Origin: Eledone cirrhosa
Lineage: Eukaryota
Reading direction: 5' to 3'
DNA length: 64,000 bases
Assembly (NCBI GenBank): GCA_964016885.1
Contig: OZ024748.1
Location: 57,288,001 to 57,352,000 of the forward strand
Position 1 is the first letter of the stretch. Each line of letters starts with the position of its first letter. A program made the position numbers and the translations under genes. The notes under the pieces were generated by a model, which saw only the letters and a program-made list of their open reading frames with translations, was not told the origin of the DNA and made no database searches. Positions 47,111-61,319 of this stretch are shown here, one piece after another.

Positions 47111-49365
47111 CTAAGGCGGGTAAAATTCCCGAGATCCATGGACGAGTTCTCTCCAGCGGTCTCTGTCCCTCATTATCGCTGCCATATCCTGCATCTCCAA
47201 CAGACCAGTGTCTGTCCTTAGGGCATCAACATATGTTAACCTTGGTCTTCCTCTTCTAGTGTGTCCATGTAGGGGCTCCCAAAGGAGCACTGAGTGCAAT
47301 GTCAACTCTGGATGTCGGTGAGCATGTCCAGCCAACCTCAGTCTCCTCTGTGTCACTTTTGAGCTGACTTTTGGGATGCTCCCATACAGCTCTGAGTTTT
47401 TCATCCTCAGTGTATACTGATTAATGTTCAGAGCCATCCTCAGCATTCTCGTGTAGCACCCATCCACCATCTGAGTGAGTCTCTTGGTCAGTGTCCAAGT
47501 CTCAGACCCATACAGCAGCACAGACTCCACTACAGTAATGAAGAGGCGGATTTTCAGGTCTCTACGAAGGTCCGACTTCCACACCGATCTCAAGCTGTGA
47601 CACGCCGCCCAGACCTTGCTCTTCCTCTCAACCACATCATCTTCCGTATTCCCAATCTTTGCTCCCAAATACAGGAAGTCCTCAACCAACTCCAGCGGCT
47701 TCCCGCCTACATTAGTGATCCCCTCTGGCTTCTCAACATTCTCTACCAGATATTTTGTTTTAGTCTCATTCATTCTCAGCCCCACACTCATCGACACAGT
47801 CTCAACCTCCCGCATCAAACTCTCTGCCTCCTTCACTGTATTTGTCACCAAAACTATGTCGTCGGCAAATTCAGCATCCGATACCTTTTTCGCCCCAACT
47901 CTCCTGCTCTGAGCCGGTGCTACAGTAAAGCCAGTGTCCTGGTGTTTCTCCAGTGCAAGGCGCATACAATAGTCCACTACGATGATAAAAAGGTAGGGAG
48001 CCAATGTATCTCCCTGGAGCACTCCAGCCAGTATCTCAAAGAACTCTGTCATCCCATCAGGTGTAATGACTTGGGCTTTGGTGTTGGTGTAGAGCAGTGA
48101 TATCAGGTCCACTATCCTCTTGGGGATTCCATAAGCCTGTAAGATCTTCATCAGGCAGTAACGGTCCACAGAATCAAAGGCCTTCCTAAAGTAAATGAAA
48201 ACCATGACCGCAGGAAGGCACTTTGCTCTAGCTCCCTCTAATATCCTCCTCAGCATCAGGATGTGACTGGTGGTTGATCTACCCTCTCTGAAGCCGTTCT
48301 GGTTGTCCCTGAGCTTCTTCTCCATCTCAGGCTGGATCCTGTTAAGAATCATCCTGTTGGAGGTCTTTGCCACAAGTGACGTCAGTGAGATCCCCCGGTA
48401 GTTGTTGGTGTTAGAGAGATCTCCCTTCTTTGGCACTGGGATGATGTTACTGATCCTCCACTGATTCGGGGCAACTCCTTTCTCCAGTACAGAACCCCAG
48501 GATGATATCATCAAAATCACACCTCTTCATCACCTCTGATGCCACTCCATCTTCTCCATGAGCCTTGCCCTCCTTGATCTTCTTCTTGGCTCTCTGAAGC
48601 TCCTCTCTGGTGAAGGGCTCTGTCTCAACATCCAGTTCCTCAAACAACCGCCTGATCTCCCCAGTGCTCCGGGCTGTGGAGGGTGGCTCTCCTAGTAGGG
48701 TCCTAAAATGGTCTAGTCATTTCCTCTTCCTATCCTCGGGCCCCGTTCCCTGGATCTGACTCGAACACCTTTTCTTCCTCCCTGTGATCTCGTTGATGAT
48801 CATCCAGCTCTCCTTACATCCAGATCTGTCAACCGCTCTCTCCACACTTCTGATCTTCTCTATCAGTGCCTCCTCTCTGACCTCAGTGTAAGCGATACAG
48901 AGCTCTTCCCTCATCACCTCCACAGTTTCCATCCTCTCCTCCGTAGGATCAGCATAGAATTGTTCCTTGGCAGCTTTCAGGTGTTCTCTGGCTGCACACA
49001 CTTTTGGGTTTGCAGAGCTGACGTGCTTCCCTTTGTTCTTTTTCCTCGGCACCAGGGTTTCACTTGCTTTCGCCACTGCATTGGTGAAGTGCCTGTACCT
49101 CCTCGTCACACTCTCCTCAGTCCATCCAATCTCTCTCTCCTCTGACTCTCCACACAGAGCACTAAACCTGTTTCTCACTTCCACTGTGAACCTCTCCTGT
49201 AGCTTATCATCTTCCTTGAAAGCTCCCCAGTCATAGATTGTTCTCCGGGGCTGAGCCTTGCTCTTTCTTAAGCTCACGCGGACCTCACTCATAACAAGCC
49301 GGTGGTCACTACCCAGTGTACTGAAATAGCTGTATGGTTCCGTGTTCAGAACACTATTCCGCCAC
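47111..49365 (-). mobile_element. 5'-truncated RTE-clade LINE inserted in (TA)n; RT ORF 47111-48520
   Basis: PVPKKGDLSNTNNYRGISL, QNGFREGRS, FRKAFDSV, GVLQGDTLAPYLF, EFADD, FLYLG; upstream frameshifted EN-end/linker (GSDHRLV); stop abuts (TA)n. Confidence 0.93.
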
Positions 49366-50717
49366 TATATATATATAATTGTTTCTACTTTTTGGCACAA
49401 GGCCAGCAATTATCCCCGTGTATTACTGGTACTTTATTTTATCGACGCCGTAAGGATGAAAGGCAAAGTTAACCTCGGCGGGATTTGAACTCAGTCCGTA
49501 AAGGGACGTAACTGTGCTGCCAAGTATGGCGTCCGACCCTCTACCGATACTGCCAATCCACATATATAATACATGCTTCTTTGTGAATCATTTGGCATAT
49601 GTGAGTACATATTCACCGACTGGTTCACAAACACAAAGAATATTATCTCCACTGAATTACTTGCATACTCCTTCGATTCAAAGTTGCTGTCGTTGCTGAT
49701 GTTGATGATGATGCTTATCCTGTCCCTAGGTCGGCCTTGACGCAGTACACCTATGACCAAAGTCTTCCAAGTTATGACCACTACACCTTTTCTTTCATTA
49801 ACGATGCATCTAACTAACACTGTATTATCTTAATTGTAGAAAATGAATTGTTTACAGAAAACTAAGACAATCAGAAATGAATTGTAATATTTAGCCTTCT
49901 TGAAACATCATTTTCTACATTGTATCAAGTAAATTACAACATTTTATTATATTATCTTTATTTTAAGGCAGATGGAGTAGATTTGAGAAATATTTGGCTA
50001 CTATTTATAGCCGATCGAGTGTTCATCTAGAGGACTCCACGTTGGCTCATACATACAAAGAAGAGTTTCATGTAGTGCGGAGCCAATCCCAGGCTCAATC
50101 ACAGACCACTTTGCTTGCTCTCATTCAAACCTGAGAATATATAATATATGCCACAACGAGGATCTCAATGTAAGCAGATTTATAATTAGGTTGTATAAAC
50201 AAAATGATAGAACAATGATTTGTTTAAGAATGTAATGCATCGTACGCAGGATGGGTGAACAAGGAGTGGGAGAGAATCTTTATTTGTTTGTTTGTTGTAC
50301 GGTTTTCAGATGCTATTACAGGCTCTGGAGACATATATACACAGCGTGCACACTCTGGGTATCTATGTTTTAACACCCTTATGTGTCCCTTCTCACAATA
50401 TGTGCCCTATTCTCTCAAATAAGATGATTTCACCGTCTTGTTTGGTAAAGATAAAGATACCATAACTCCTTGTGGAGTCGTAGAGGTACCGTTATACGGC
50501 GTGTCTAAGGCACTTTTAAACCTGGTGGATCCCAAGCCGCAACAGGTCTGAAAACAGTCAATCGTTTCTATGGAGGAAGAATTTACCCCAGTACTGGGCT
50601 GGTAATTTTTTATTGATCTCGAAAGGCAAAGTTGACTCCGGCGGGATAGGAACTGAGAGCGCGCAATGAGGTAGGATGAATATCGTAAAACATTCTATCC
50701 GACGTCTTAACGACACT

Positions 50718-51505
50718 GCCACATAGCTGCCACACATAGCTGTCACACATAGCTGTCACACATAGCTGTCACACATAGCTGCCACACATAGCTGCCACAC
50801 ATAGCTGCCACACATAGCTGCCACACATAGCTGCCACACATAGCTGTCACACATAGCTGCCACACATAGCTTCCACACATAGCTGTCACACATAGCTGCC
50901 ACACATAGCTGTCACACATAGCTGTCACACATAGCTTCCACACATAGCTGCCACACATAGCTGCCACACATAGCTGCCCCACATAGCTGCCACACATAGC
51001 TGTCACACATAGCTGCCACACATAGCTGCCACACATAGCTGCCACACATAGCTGTCACACATAGCTTCCACACATAGCTGTCACACATAGCTGCCACACA
51101 TAGCTGTCACACATAGCTGTCACACATAGCTGCCACACATAGCTGCCACACATAGCTGCCACACATAGCTGCCACACATAGCTTCCACACATAGCTGCCA
51201 CACATAGCTGCCACACATAGCTGTCACACATAGCTTCCACACATAGCTGCCACACATAGCTGCCACACATAGCTGTCACACATAGCTGCCACACATAGCT
51301 GTCACACATAGCTGCCACACATAGCTGCCACACATAGCTACCCCACATAGCTGTCACACATAGCTGCCACACATAGCTGCCACACATAGCTACCCCACAT
51401 AGCTGCCACACATAGCTGCCACACATAGCTGCCACACATAGCTGTCACACATAGCTGCCACACATAGCTGCCACACATAGCTACCCCACATAGCTGCCAC
51501 ACATA
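50718..51505. repeat. 13-bp minisatellite (ccacacatagctg), ~60 copies
   Basis: Direct inspection; attached to the 5' end of a minus-strand SINE at ~50580-50720. Confidence 0.97.
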
Positions 51506-51607
51506 GATTTGTCATTCCTTGTACTGACTGCACAAAGAAAATTAATAAACCTACACTTCCTGTTACACTGTCCACACACACACACGTCAAATCATACCCC
51601 TCTCCAC

Positions 51608-51672
<65 letters not shown>

Positions 51673-52360
51673 TAGATAATTTAATATATCAACTAACATA
51701 AGCGCACAGATGCACGCCTATGCCAGCAAATACACAGGTTATGTCATAGTACCTAGGTGGTTCAATGCAGGAGGATGCAGAACAATAATATAAAAGACGT
51801 AAAATAAGAAAATCTTTTTCAAAAAAATTTTATTTTTTTATTTTTTACTTACTTACTTAAATTTTCACTCCAACTAATTAGTTTCTGCAATGGGATAAAG
51901 ACAGTTACGTAATCTAACTGTCGAGAATTCATTGCGTCATCAGGGAGTCTATTCTCAGCTAAGTCTCCAGGCAATGCGCGGACACTGGTGGCTCATATAA
52001 AAATAATAATAATTCGGTAGATGGAACAGCTGGCGAGGACTGAATTCCATGCACTGAAATCCTCACTGCTTCTAGTCAAATGGCCGATTCTAAAGAATCA
52101 ATCACGTGACACAGAGGCTAGTCAGAAGGAATGGGATGGTAAGATGACTGACGCCTACTAACATCCCCCCCAAAATTTTTTTTTAGAAGTGGTTTTGGCA
52201 GGTTTGCTCGACAAATCAGTGATTTGGAGATAAATATAGATAATTTAATATATCTTTGGGGGTGTTAGTAGGCGTCAGTCATCTTACCATCCCATTCCTT
52301 CTGACTAGCCTCTGTGTCACGTGATTGATTCTTTAGAATCGGCTATTTGACTAGAAGCAG

Positions 52361-53255
52361 CCCCCATATTAACTGTAAAACTAGAAATGTGGTATATAGC
52401 ATAAGATGTACTGAAGGACAATGTAGAAACAAAAATGTAGTGTACATAGGTGAGACAGCTCGTAGTATAGGGGAACGAATAAATGAACACTGGCGAGACC
52501 TCCAAGATAGTAAAGAATCATCTGTGCTCTACCAACATGCTAAGATAGAACACAGGGGTAAATTAGAGAGCATAGAAATAAAAATAGAATCCACACACAA
52601 GAAAGACGCAATGTTTAGGCAAATTACAGAGGCAGTAAGCATAAAAGAATTAAAACCAAAATTAAATAGAAAATATGAGTGGAACAGCAACATCACAACT
52701 TACAATTAAGGACAAAATGAAAACACACACACACATAGAACAAACAACTTACAATTGAAAACACACACAAAATGAAAACACACACACACATAGAACAAAC
52801 AACCAACCAACAATAAATAAATAAATAAACAAACAAATAGAAAAATATAAATAGAAAAATAGAAAAATGAACACAAACACACACAGACACCCGGATGTGG
52901 CGCATGCGCAAACTGAGCACGCAACCCACACACAAACAAAATGGCGTAGGATAGAAGAAAGGAAAGGCACAGAAACGAAGAAAGAAATCCCCAGTCACTG
53001 AAGAGGTCACAGAGTGTGTGACGAAAGAACTATGACTATATATATATAAACAACTATCTGGTTGTGGAACCAACCAACCAACCAGAAATTTATAAATTTG
53101 TAAATTTATAAATATTTAATAAATTAAATTGAAGTGAAAGCAACTGGTGCGTGTGTTTCTTATTGGCAACATGACCCTCCCAAAGTATAACAATATCGGT
53201 TTCAACACACGATTTCAGATAAAGAATCTTGCTAAACAAATTCAGAAACGAAATA
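52361..53255 (+). mobile_element. 5'-truncated Penelope copy (diverged subfamily): GIY-YIG plus pLTR
   Basis: NCKTRNVVYSIRC..YIGETARSIGERINEH..EAVSIKELKPKLNRKYEW; family tail atgaccctcccaaagtataacaat. Confidence 0.9.
52993..53037 (+). ncRNA. Minimal type-I hammerhead in the Penelope pLTR (family H4)
   Basis: agtca-CTGAAGA-g-gtcaca(gagtg)tgtgac-GAAA-gaac-TA^tgact; stems I and II perfectly paired. Confidence 0.78.
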
Positions 53256-53511
53256 TATATATATATATATATACATACATATATATTTATATAGATATAT
53301 ATATATATACATATATATTTATATATATATATATATACATACATATATATTTATATATATATATATACATACATATATATTTATATATATATATATATAC
53401 ATATATATTTATATATATATATATATACATACATATATATTTATATATATATATATATATATATATACATACATATATATTTATATATATATATATATAC
53501 ACATACATATA

Positions 53512-53561
<50 letters not shown>

Positions 53562-53605
53562 TATTTATATGTATATATATATATATATACATACATATAT
53601 ATATT

Positions 53606-53638
<33 letters not shown>

Positions 53639-53676
53639 ATATATATATATAAATATATATGTATGTGTATATATAT

Positions 53677-53773
<97 letters not shown>

Positions 53774-53790
53774 CGTGTGTGTATATATAT

Positions 53791-53881
<91 letters not shown>

Positions 53882-53957
53882 TATATATATATACTGAAGT
53901 AAAAGTTCTGTGGAAATATCCAAGAGTAAGAGCACTCAGTCCATAGGACGAGTTTAG

Positions 53958-54165
53958 TATAAATAATTACAACAGTGACATAGACAGGCACTCAAGTTTC
54001 GTTGAGTTCTGGGCCCCAATTTCTTCAGCCTGTCATGAGAAAAATGAAAGATAAAAATGGCCTAAAGGTGTTCAGTTTTGTCTTTCATTTTTCTCATGAC
54101 AGGCTGAAGAAATTGGGGCCCAGAACCCAATGAAACTTGAGTGCCTGTTTATGTCATTGTTGTAA

Positions 54166-54174
<9 letters not shown>
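53958..54174. repeat. Inverted repeat (~100-bp arms) with a hammerhead-like motif in each arm (family H5)
   Basis: gacagg-CTGAAGA-a-attgg...ccaat-GAAA-cttgag-TG-cctgt at 54098-54149; mirror copy on -; flanked by (TA)n. Confidence 0.8.
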
Positions 54175-54196
<22 letters not shown>

Positions 54197-54263
54197 GATA
54201 TATATATAGAGATATAGATATATATAGATATATATAGATATATATATATATATATATAGATAT

Positions 54264-54302
<39 letters not shown>

Positions 54303-55738
54303 TATAGATAGATAGATAGATATAAATAATTACAACAATGACATAAACAGATATAGATATATAGATATCTATATATATATGACCCAAATAACTGCTTCAT
54401 TCACTTAAACAACAGAGGAAGGACGAGGCTATTTCTGGACATTGACATAATTGTTTCTGAATTCATGGAATGGAATAGAACTTTACTGCGTTTGACAAAA
54501 AGTGGTCCAGTTCTTTGAATTAACAGGACAGCCTACTTAAGACGTTATTGTGAAATTCCCTGACCATTCCAGAGACACGTGTACCATTAATGTACTTCTC
54601 TGGGTGATTCTGTGTGGTACAGTGTGTAGTATTGAGACGAAGTCTATTTGTTGTGGATGAAATGACGAACATTTCTGCTTTAATATATAACTTTACTTTA
54701 CCTCAAAATAAAGACTACATCGAATCGTAAATACAATTTTTGATTACAGTTTTCACATATCAATATAGTTGTTCATAAAGTTTGTGTTATGCAAGGAATC
54801 TCTTTATTTACCATGGGATGTTCCCTTAAAGAGTAACAAGATTGTAGTCAGACAGTTGTATTGCCAGCAGAGATAGTAGTATACTGTTATATTAGCAGAA
54901 TTTGTTATAGTACAGGTGATGTAGCAGAGAAATGATTGAAGCTAGGGTCAAATGACAGCGTATTTATAATTGTTTCTACTTTTGGCACAAGGCCAACGAT
55001 TACCCCAGTACTTTATTTTATCGACTCCGTAAGGATGAAAGGCAAAGTTAACCTCAGCGGCAGTTGAACTCAGACCCTAAAGGGCCGTAACTCTATCCTG
55101 CAAACCATGGAGTCCGACCCTCTACTCACTTATAAGTGTTTCCACTTTAGGCACATGGCCAGCAATCTGAGGGAGGGGAAAGTCGATTAAATCGACCCCA
55201 GTGCTTTCTAGTACTTTATTTTATCGACCCCGTAAGGATGAAAGGCAAAGTTAACCTCGGCGGGATTTCAACTCAGAACGTAAAGGGCCGTAATTCTATG
55301 CCACGAAGCATGTTGTCCGACTCTCTACCGATTCTGTTAATCCACCGCCCTCTCTACTGATAACGGCCATAAATAAATGTTCTTCTTTCGTACAATTATC
55401 CTTCCATGGGAAATTTATCTATTGTCTTATCTGTAAGGTCGCAGGCCACTAATTTGGTTGTTATGGCCATAAGGGGAGAAAATACCGAGGGAAAAACATT
55501 GACGGTTTCACTGGCCAAGCTGACAGGGTTCTGAACAATTTCCGTGTATCAAATTTTATTTACAAGCCATTAGACGATGTAATGACTGAGACATCTACTA
55601 CTTGTATAGTAGAAGATAATTATACAACAATTTGGGATGGTCTTCAACGTTCAATGGTTTTGTTCCTTATCCATTAAAACATTTGCGTTCAAAATTAAAA
55701 GACAACATAAAGAATAAACATACCATGCATACTTCCTG

Positions 55739-55848
<110 letters not shown>

Positions 55849-57072
55849 CTGAAAATATATACACACGCACAAACGCACTCACAGACATAGAAACGACACA
55901 CACGTGATGATGCACACACATACACACACACCATTGCACATACTCACATACATAGAAACAACAGAAATATCCCCCAATACACACACATACACACACACAA
56001 ACCTAAAACCTACTGACATACACGCACTCAGACATACACAGACATACCAGTGTATACACACCAACTACACAAGACTCTGAGAGATCCACGTGTCTACATA
56101 AATATACAGACTGAAGCCACACACATCTATCAATTTCTTCCCTTCAGAACACACACAAATGACATCCCTGTACCGTCCACTTCCGCCCCCTGCAGGCTGG
56201 ATATTTCAGCTACTTCCCCCTTCCTATCTTTCTTCCTGCAACCCTCTTTTCCTAACTTCCTTTCCTAACCCTCACACACTACTCATACACCAACCCGTTC
56301 TCTCCCTATCCAAAATTTCAATAAGAAGGAAGTTTGTCCGAAACGTTGAACACTCCTCCATTTCCTCCAAGCGTGTATCTAATATAACTGTGTATTTTTT
56401 CATTCCTGTCTTTGTTTTGTTTTGTTTCATTTACTAACTAATATACATATGTGTATGTGTGTGTGTGTGTGTGTGTTGGCAGAGTCGTTAAGATGTCGGA
56501 TAGAATGCTTTACGGTATTCATCCCACCTCATTGCGCGCTCTGAGTTCAAATCCCGCCGTCGTCAACTTTGCCTTTCATCCTTTCGAAGTCGATAAAAAA
56601 AAGTACCAGTCCAGTACTGGGGTCGATTCTTGCTCTATAGAAGAATCGGCTCTGTTCAGACCTGGAGAGAGTTAGGCTCCACCAGGTTTAAAAGTGCCCT
56701 GGACCCACCGTATGACGGTGCCTCTACGACTCCACAAGGAGTTATGGAATCTTTATCTTATACATTATATATAGGGATATAGTTATATCTTCTACCTCCC
56801 TATGGCTACATACACCTAGTAAAATATATTTTAAAGTTAAACTTATATAATTTTATGTGTTAGCTGTGGGCAAGAAATTCTTCATCTTTACGCAACATTG
56901 AGTGCTTTCTGATTGCCTCAAACAGTTCGATTGGTATCTGCCCTATCGCAGCTAGAACTCCAAATTATATATATATGAATATAAATATATATATTACATA
57001 GATATATATAATTCAAATAAAAATATATTTATGTAATCATATATTGTTAGAGAATCATGTAGTATTCTGTAC

Positions 57073-57122
<50 letters not shown>

Positions 57123-57183
57123 ATAGGAAGAAAAAGACGATTATTAGGAAGAAAAAAATATTGTTTTCCCTTTTATATATATA

Positions 57184-57993
57184 CTAGCAGCTGAGCCCGG
57201 TTGCACCTGGGGCCACTTTTTATTAAGTTAATAATTTGAAAAATATTATTGAAAGTTTATTATAAAGAAGCAATTTCAGGAAAAAAAATAGAAATATGCA
57301 CTTGGGGCTGGACGGCGTACAATGAGAAGGGAAGCGACGTGATAAGTGTTGTTTATTAACAGCGAAATAGCAATGTCGATGATATGCAATTTGAAAAATA
57401 CTACTTACTGTTAGTGGTGGTTAACATGTATTAGAATTAAAATAAAAACACGCGTCCCTTCTTCACAATTTAATGGTTTTATTTCTTTTGATGGAGAACA
57501 GTGACCGTACTGCAATCGATTTCATAAAACGGTACAGTATGATCGTTAAATGTAGAAGGATGATAGTTTATTAACAGCGAATAGCAATGTCGATGATATG
57601 CAAGTTTTAAAATGCATATTATGAAGGTTTGTATGATAGTTTACACTTTTTCCTGAAACTGCTTCTTTATAATAAACTTTCAATAACATTTTTCAAATTA
57701 TTGGTACTGTATGCTAACAGCGAAAGAACGTTGATAAGTTTAAAAATTTGTATGAAATTGTAAATAAGACAAAAGTATTAGAACAGGGGGAAATAACTCA
57801 CCGAACGCTATAGTTTTGGGGCCCCAGGGAGACCACATTTTTTAAGTTAGAGATTTGACACCTCGTCTATTTGCTTCCTTGGCACTTTTTACATAGGTGT
57901 GTAAATTTTCATGTCCGTCCCACCACGTCTACTACCATTTAACCGTGCACATCTGAATTTCAACCACCGCCCATTTCACAAATATATATTAGA
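57184..57993 (-). mobile_element. Non-autonomous Helitron A
   Basis: 5'-TCTAATATATAT start; 3' GC-rich hairpin (ccaggtgcaaccggg) then CTAG|T. Confidence 0.75.
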
Positions 57994-59766
57994 CTAGCAG
58001 AGGTACCCGGCGCTGCTCGGATATTAAATAGCAGTTGTGTATACCATTTATGTCAATACTTCAGTGCTGCTTCGAAAACTATACTTTTACAAAATCATCC
58101 GCTTTTTCCAAAAGGGGTTCCTGCCCCCAGGGGTACCCTACCCAATATGTGACAATTCTGAGAGTTCACATTCATCTGTAGGACAAATGTAGCCCATGTG
58201 TCAAGTTTTGTGAAAATCGGTTGCGAACTCCAGAAGTTATGACGTTTTGTTGCATTGCACTGCAGTGCTTCAGTCGACTCCAAGGAAGTGGTTAAAGTGG
58301 TTAAAGGGGTTATCGGCCGGGAGGCCCTATAATCAATATCTGGAAAAATGACAGTGCCCATGACCATCCGGAGTACATAAGTAACCTATGTCTTAAGTTT
58401 GGTGAAAATACTGTAGAAATGCATAAGATTTATACATACGCGCGTGCGTTCGTGTGTGTGTGTGTGCGTGTGTTTGTGTGTGTGTGTGTATTTGTGTGTG
58501 CGTATGTATGTGTATGTCCGTCGGGGCATACGTATGTACTGGCCTAAATCTTCACTATTTACTTTTACTATTTTAATAACCTCTGTCATTTTCGTTTTCA
58601 ATTTTATTTACATCATTCTTAAACTCCGGGGCTGGAAATCATTCGGTTATTTTAAATAGAATATTAGTCTAACAACTCCATTTATACCATAAACTTGGTC
58701 TTGTGTTTGCACGAAATTGTTCTTCACGCTCCACATAACGATGTATTATCCTTGCTTTTTTCCCGTTCATTGCCAGGGAACGTCTTCACGAACCAAAATA
58801 TCGTCTTCCTGTTTTCGTTCGGTTGCATCGTTTCTCGAAATATTTACTTCTGCGTTCACAGATTACTCTCAGTTCAATTTGAATGGGAAATTCCTGTTTC
58901 ATCGATTTTCTCCGTAACCATGGAAGCTTGTAGTAGCCAAAAGTTTATTAACAGCGAAATAACGTTGTCTTTGATATGTTATTTTGAATAAGACAATGAA
59001 TTGAAAAATACTACTTACTGTTAATGGTGGTTAACATGTATTAGAAATAAAATGAAAATGATATTTGAAAAAACGTACTTGAAAACATGACTCCCTTCTT
59101 CGCAATTTAAGGGTTTTATTTCTTTTGATGGAAAACAGTGACTGTTTTCGGTTTGGCATTTCGTAAAATGGTACTGCAGAATTGATTTCATAAAACGGTA
59201 CTGTATGATAGTTTACACTTTGATTGCCCTGGTCAGCAAGAGGGGCCTCTATATATTAGATATTTATTAGAAGAGGGGGAAATAACTAACCCCAGTATTA
59301 GAACAGGGGGTTCGCAACGTAATGGTTTTATTTCTTTTATTAGAAAACAGTTACCTTTTTCGTTTTGGCATTTCGTAAAATTCTACTGCAGAATCGATTT
59401 CATAAAACAGTACTGTATGATCGTTATAGAATTATTTAAATTTAATATAGAGCAATTGTATTTTAAAAATGAAAATGAAACATACTGTAGTAGCCAAAAG
59501 TTTATTAACAGCGAAATAACGTTGTCTTTGATATGTTTTTTTAGACAAAAGTATTAGAACAGGGGGAAATAACTCACCGAACGCGAAGTTTTGGGGCTCC
59601 AGGGACCACATTTTTCAAGTTAGAGATTTGAAACCTCGTCTATTTGCTTCCTTGGCACTTTTTACATAGGTGTGTAGATTTTCATGTCCGTCCGACCACG
59701 TCTACTACCATTTAACCGTGCACATCTGAATTTCAACCACCGCCCATTTCACAAATATATATTAGA
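57994..59766 (-). mobile_element. Non-autonomous Helitron B, head-to-tail with A
   Basis: A|TCTAATATATAT start; ~220-bp 5' region shared with A; different 3' hairpin (ccgagcagcgccggg) + CTAG directly joined to the TC of A. Confidence 0.75.
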
Positions 59767-61319
59767 TATATATATTATGTCGGGTCATTCTTGAGTGCTA
59801 CTGGTAACATGTAACCCAGTACAACCTGTCGCATGGTCGGGTTGTCGGCGACTAAAACGGAAACCCCCACCAAGTTTACTTGGTGAGCAGGGTGATTTTG
59901 GGCACCCTGCAGGGCAAAAAACAAAACCTGACAAAGGGTGGAAGAACTCATAAGAGCCAACGGTTAAACCACTGTCAGGTCATTCTTCTAGGAGAAGGCA
60001 ACTCAAGAAACTGGAATAACTCCGATATAAAACCTGCGGCTCAGTAGTTACCAATGATGTTGATCTTTTCTTCTTTTCGGGTTATAGCTACTGTCGCTCG
60101 GAGAGTGGGATTGGCTCAGTGCACAGTCTTTCCTCACTTTAAAAAATATCTTCACGCACAGAACGATAGAATTAATTAATTTTTTCTACTTTTGGCACAA
60201 GGTCAGCAATTACCCAGTACATTACTGGTACTTTATTTTATCGACCCCTTAAGGATGAAAAGCAAAGTTAACCTCGGCGGGATTTGAACTCAGAATGGCA
60301 AGGGCCGTAACTCTTTGCGTCAAAGCATGGCGTCCGACCCTCTACCGATACTGCCAATCCACCGCCTAGAATTAATTAATAATTATTAATAATGGTATCG
60401 TGCAATAGCCATACTCGATAACGAGGGGGCATCCATCATATATATATATATATATAAACATATAATATTTTGGAAACCCCATATGTTTTGATAGGAAAAA
60501 CCTAAAATTCCTGATGATGCTGAGCTCATCAATATTATCTAGCCATCTTCCGAGGACTCTGCCCTAGGCTTTCCTGAGAAGTGTTTCTAGTGATTCTTTC
60601 CTTTGACATCCTTACATGTACTTGTTTGAAAGAAATATTTCATTTCTTGCAAAAATTTAAAAATACAATGCACTTGTGTTTTACTTTGTATTTCATTTAT
60701 TTTCCCCCATCTCTTGTACACTCATTTTATGAAATTGGGTTGCATGTTAGCCGCTTCTCTTAAAAAGTTGATTTGGATTTCCTCTAAATCTAAAAAATAA
60801 CGAAGCGTTTCATCAGTCAAACAATAGCAATCAGTATGAGTAATTTCCTCATTTCCATAGATGACACTAAATTAAACACTTTGGAACATTTCATACTTTT
60901 TCATTGGAAAACAAAATGTTTTTGTCTACCATAGTGGATATGAGCCAAAAGGGGAAGTTTCACTACGTAGTGATTTATGCTGCTGGAAATATAATTAAAA
61001 TTACAACCGAGATGGAATGGCTCTTCCAGCGTGTCTCCCTCATCATCCTCTGGGGAAACGCTTTCTCTATTCTGTCCGCCGGGGCGGTCAGCGCGTGGGT
61101 CCCATTTGCTCACAATAGTGAGAAATGGGGAAAGCAGGAGGGACGGAGGCAGTGAGAGTGGGAATTCGGTTCCTTTGTGTTCGGACCTGACGTATATGTG
61201 TAGTTTCACAGAAACACACACAAGTTTGACTAAATATACACCCTTCTCAAAATCAGAACTATATATTAAATGATATTGTCATAGACGTACAAATAAAAAA
61301 GGTGATGATCATGGAAATA

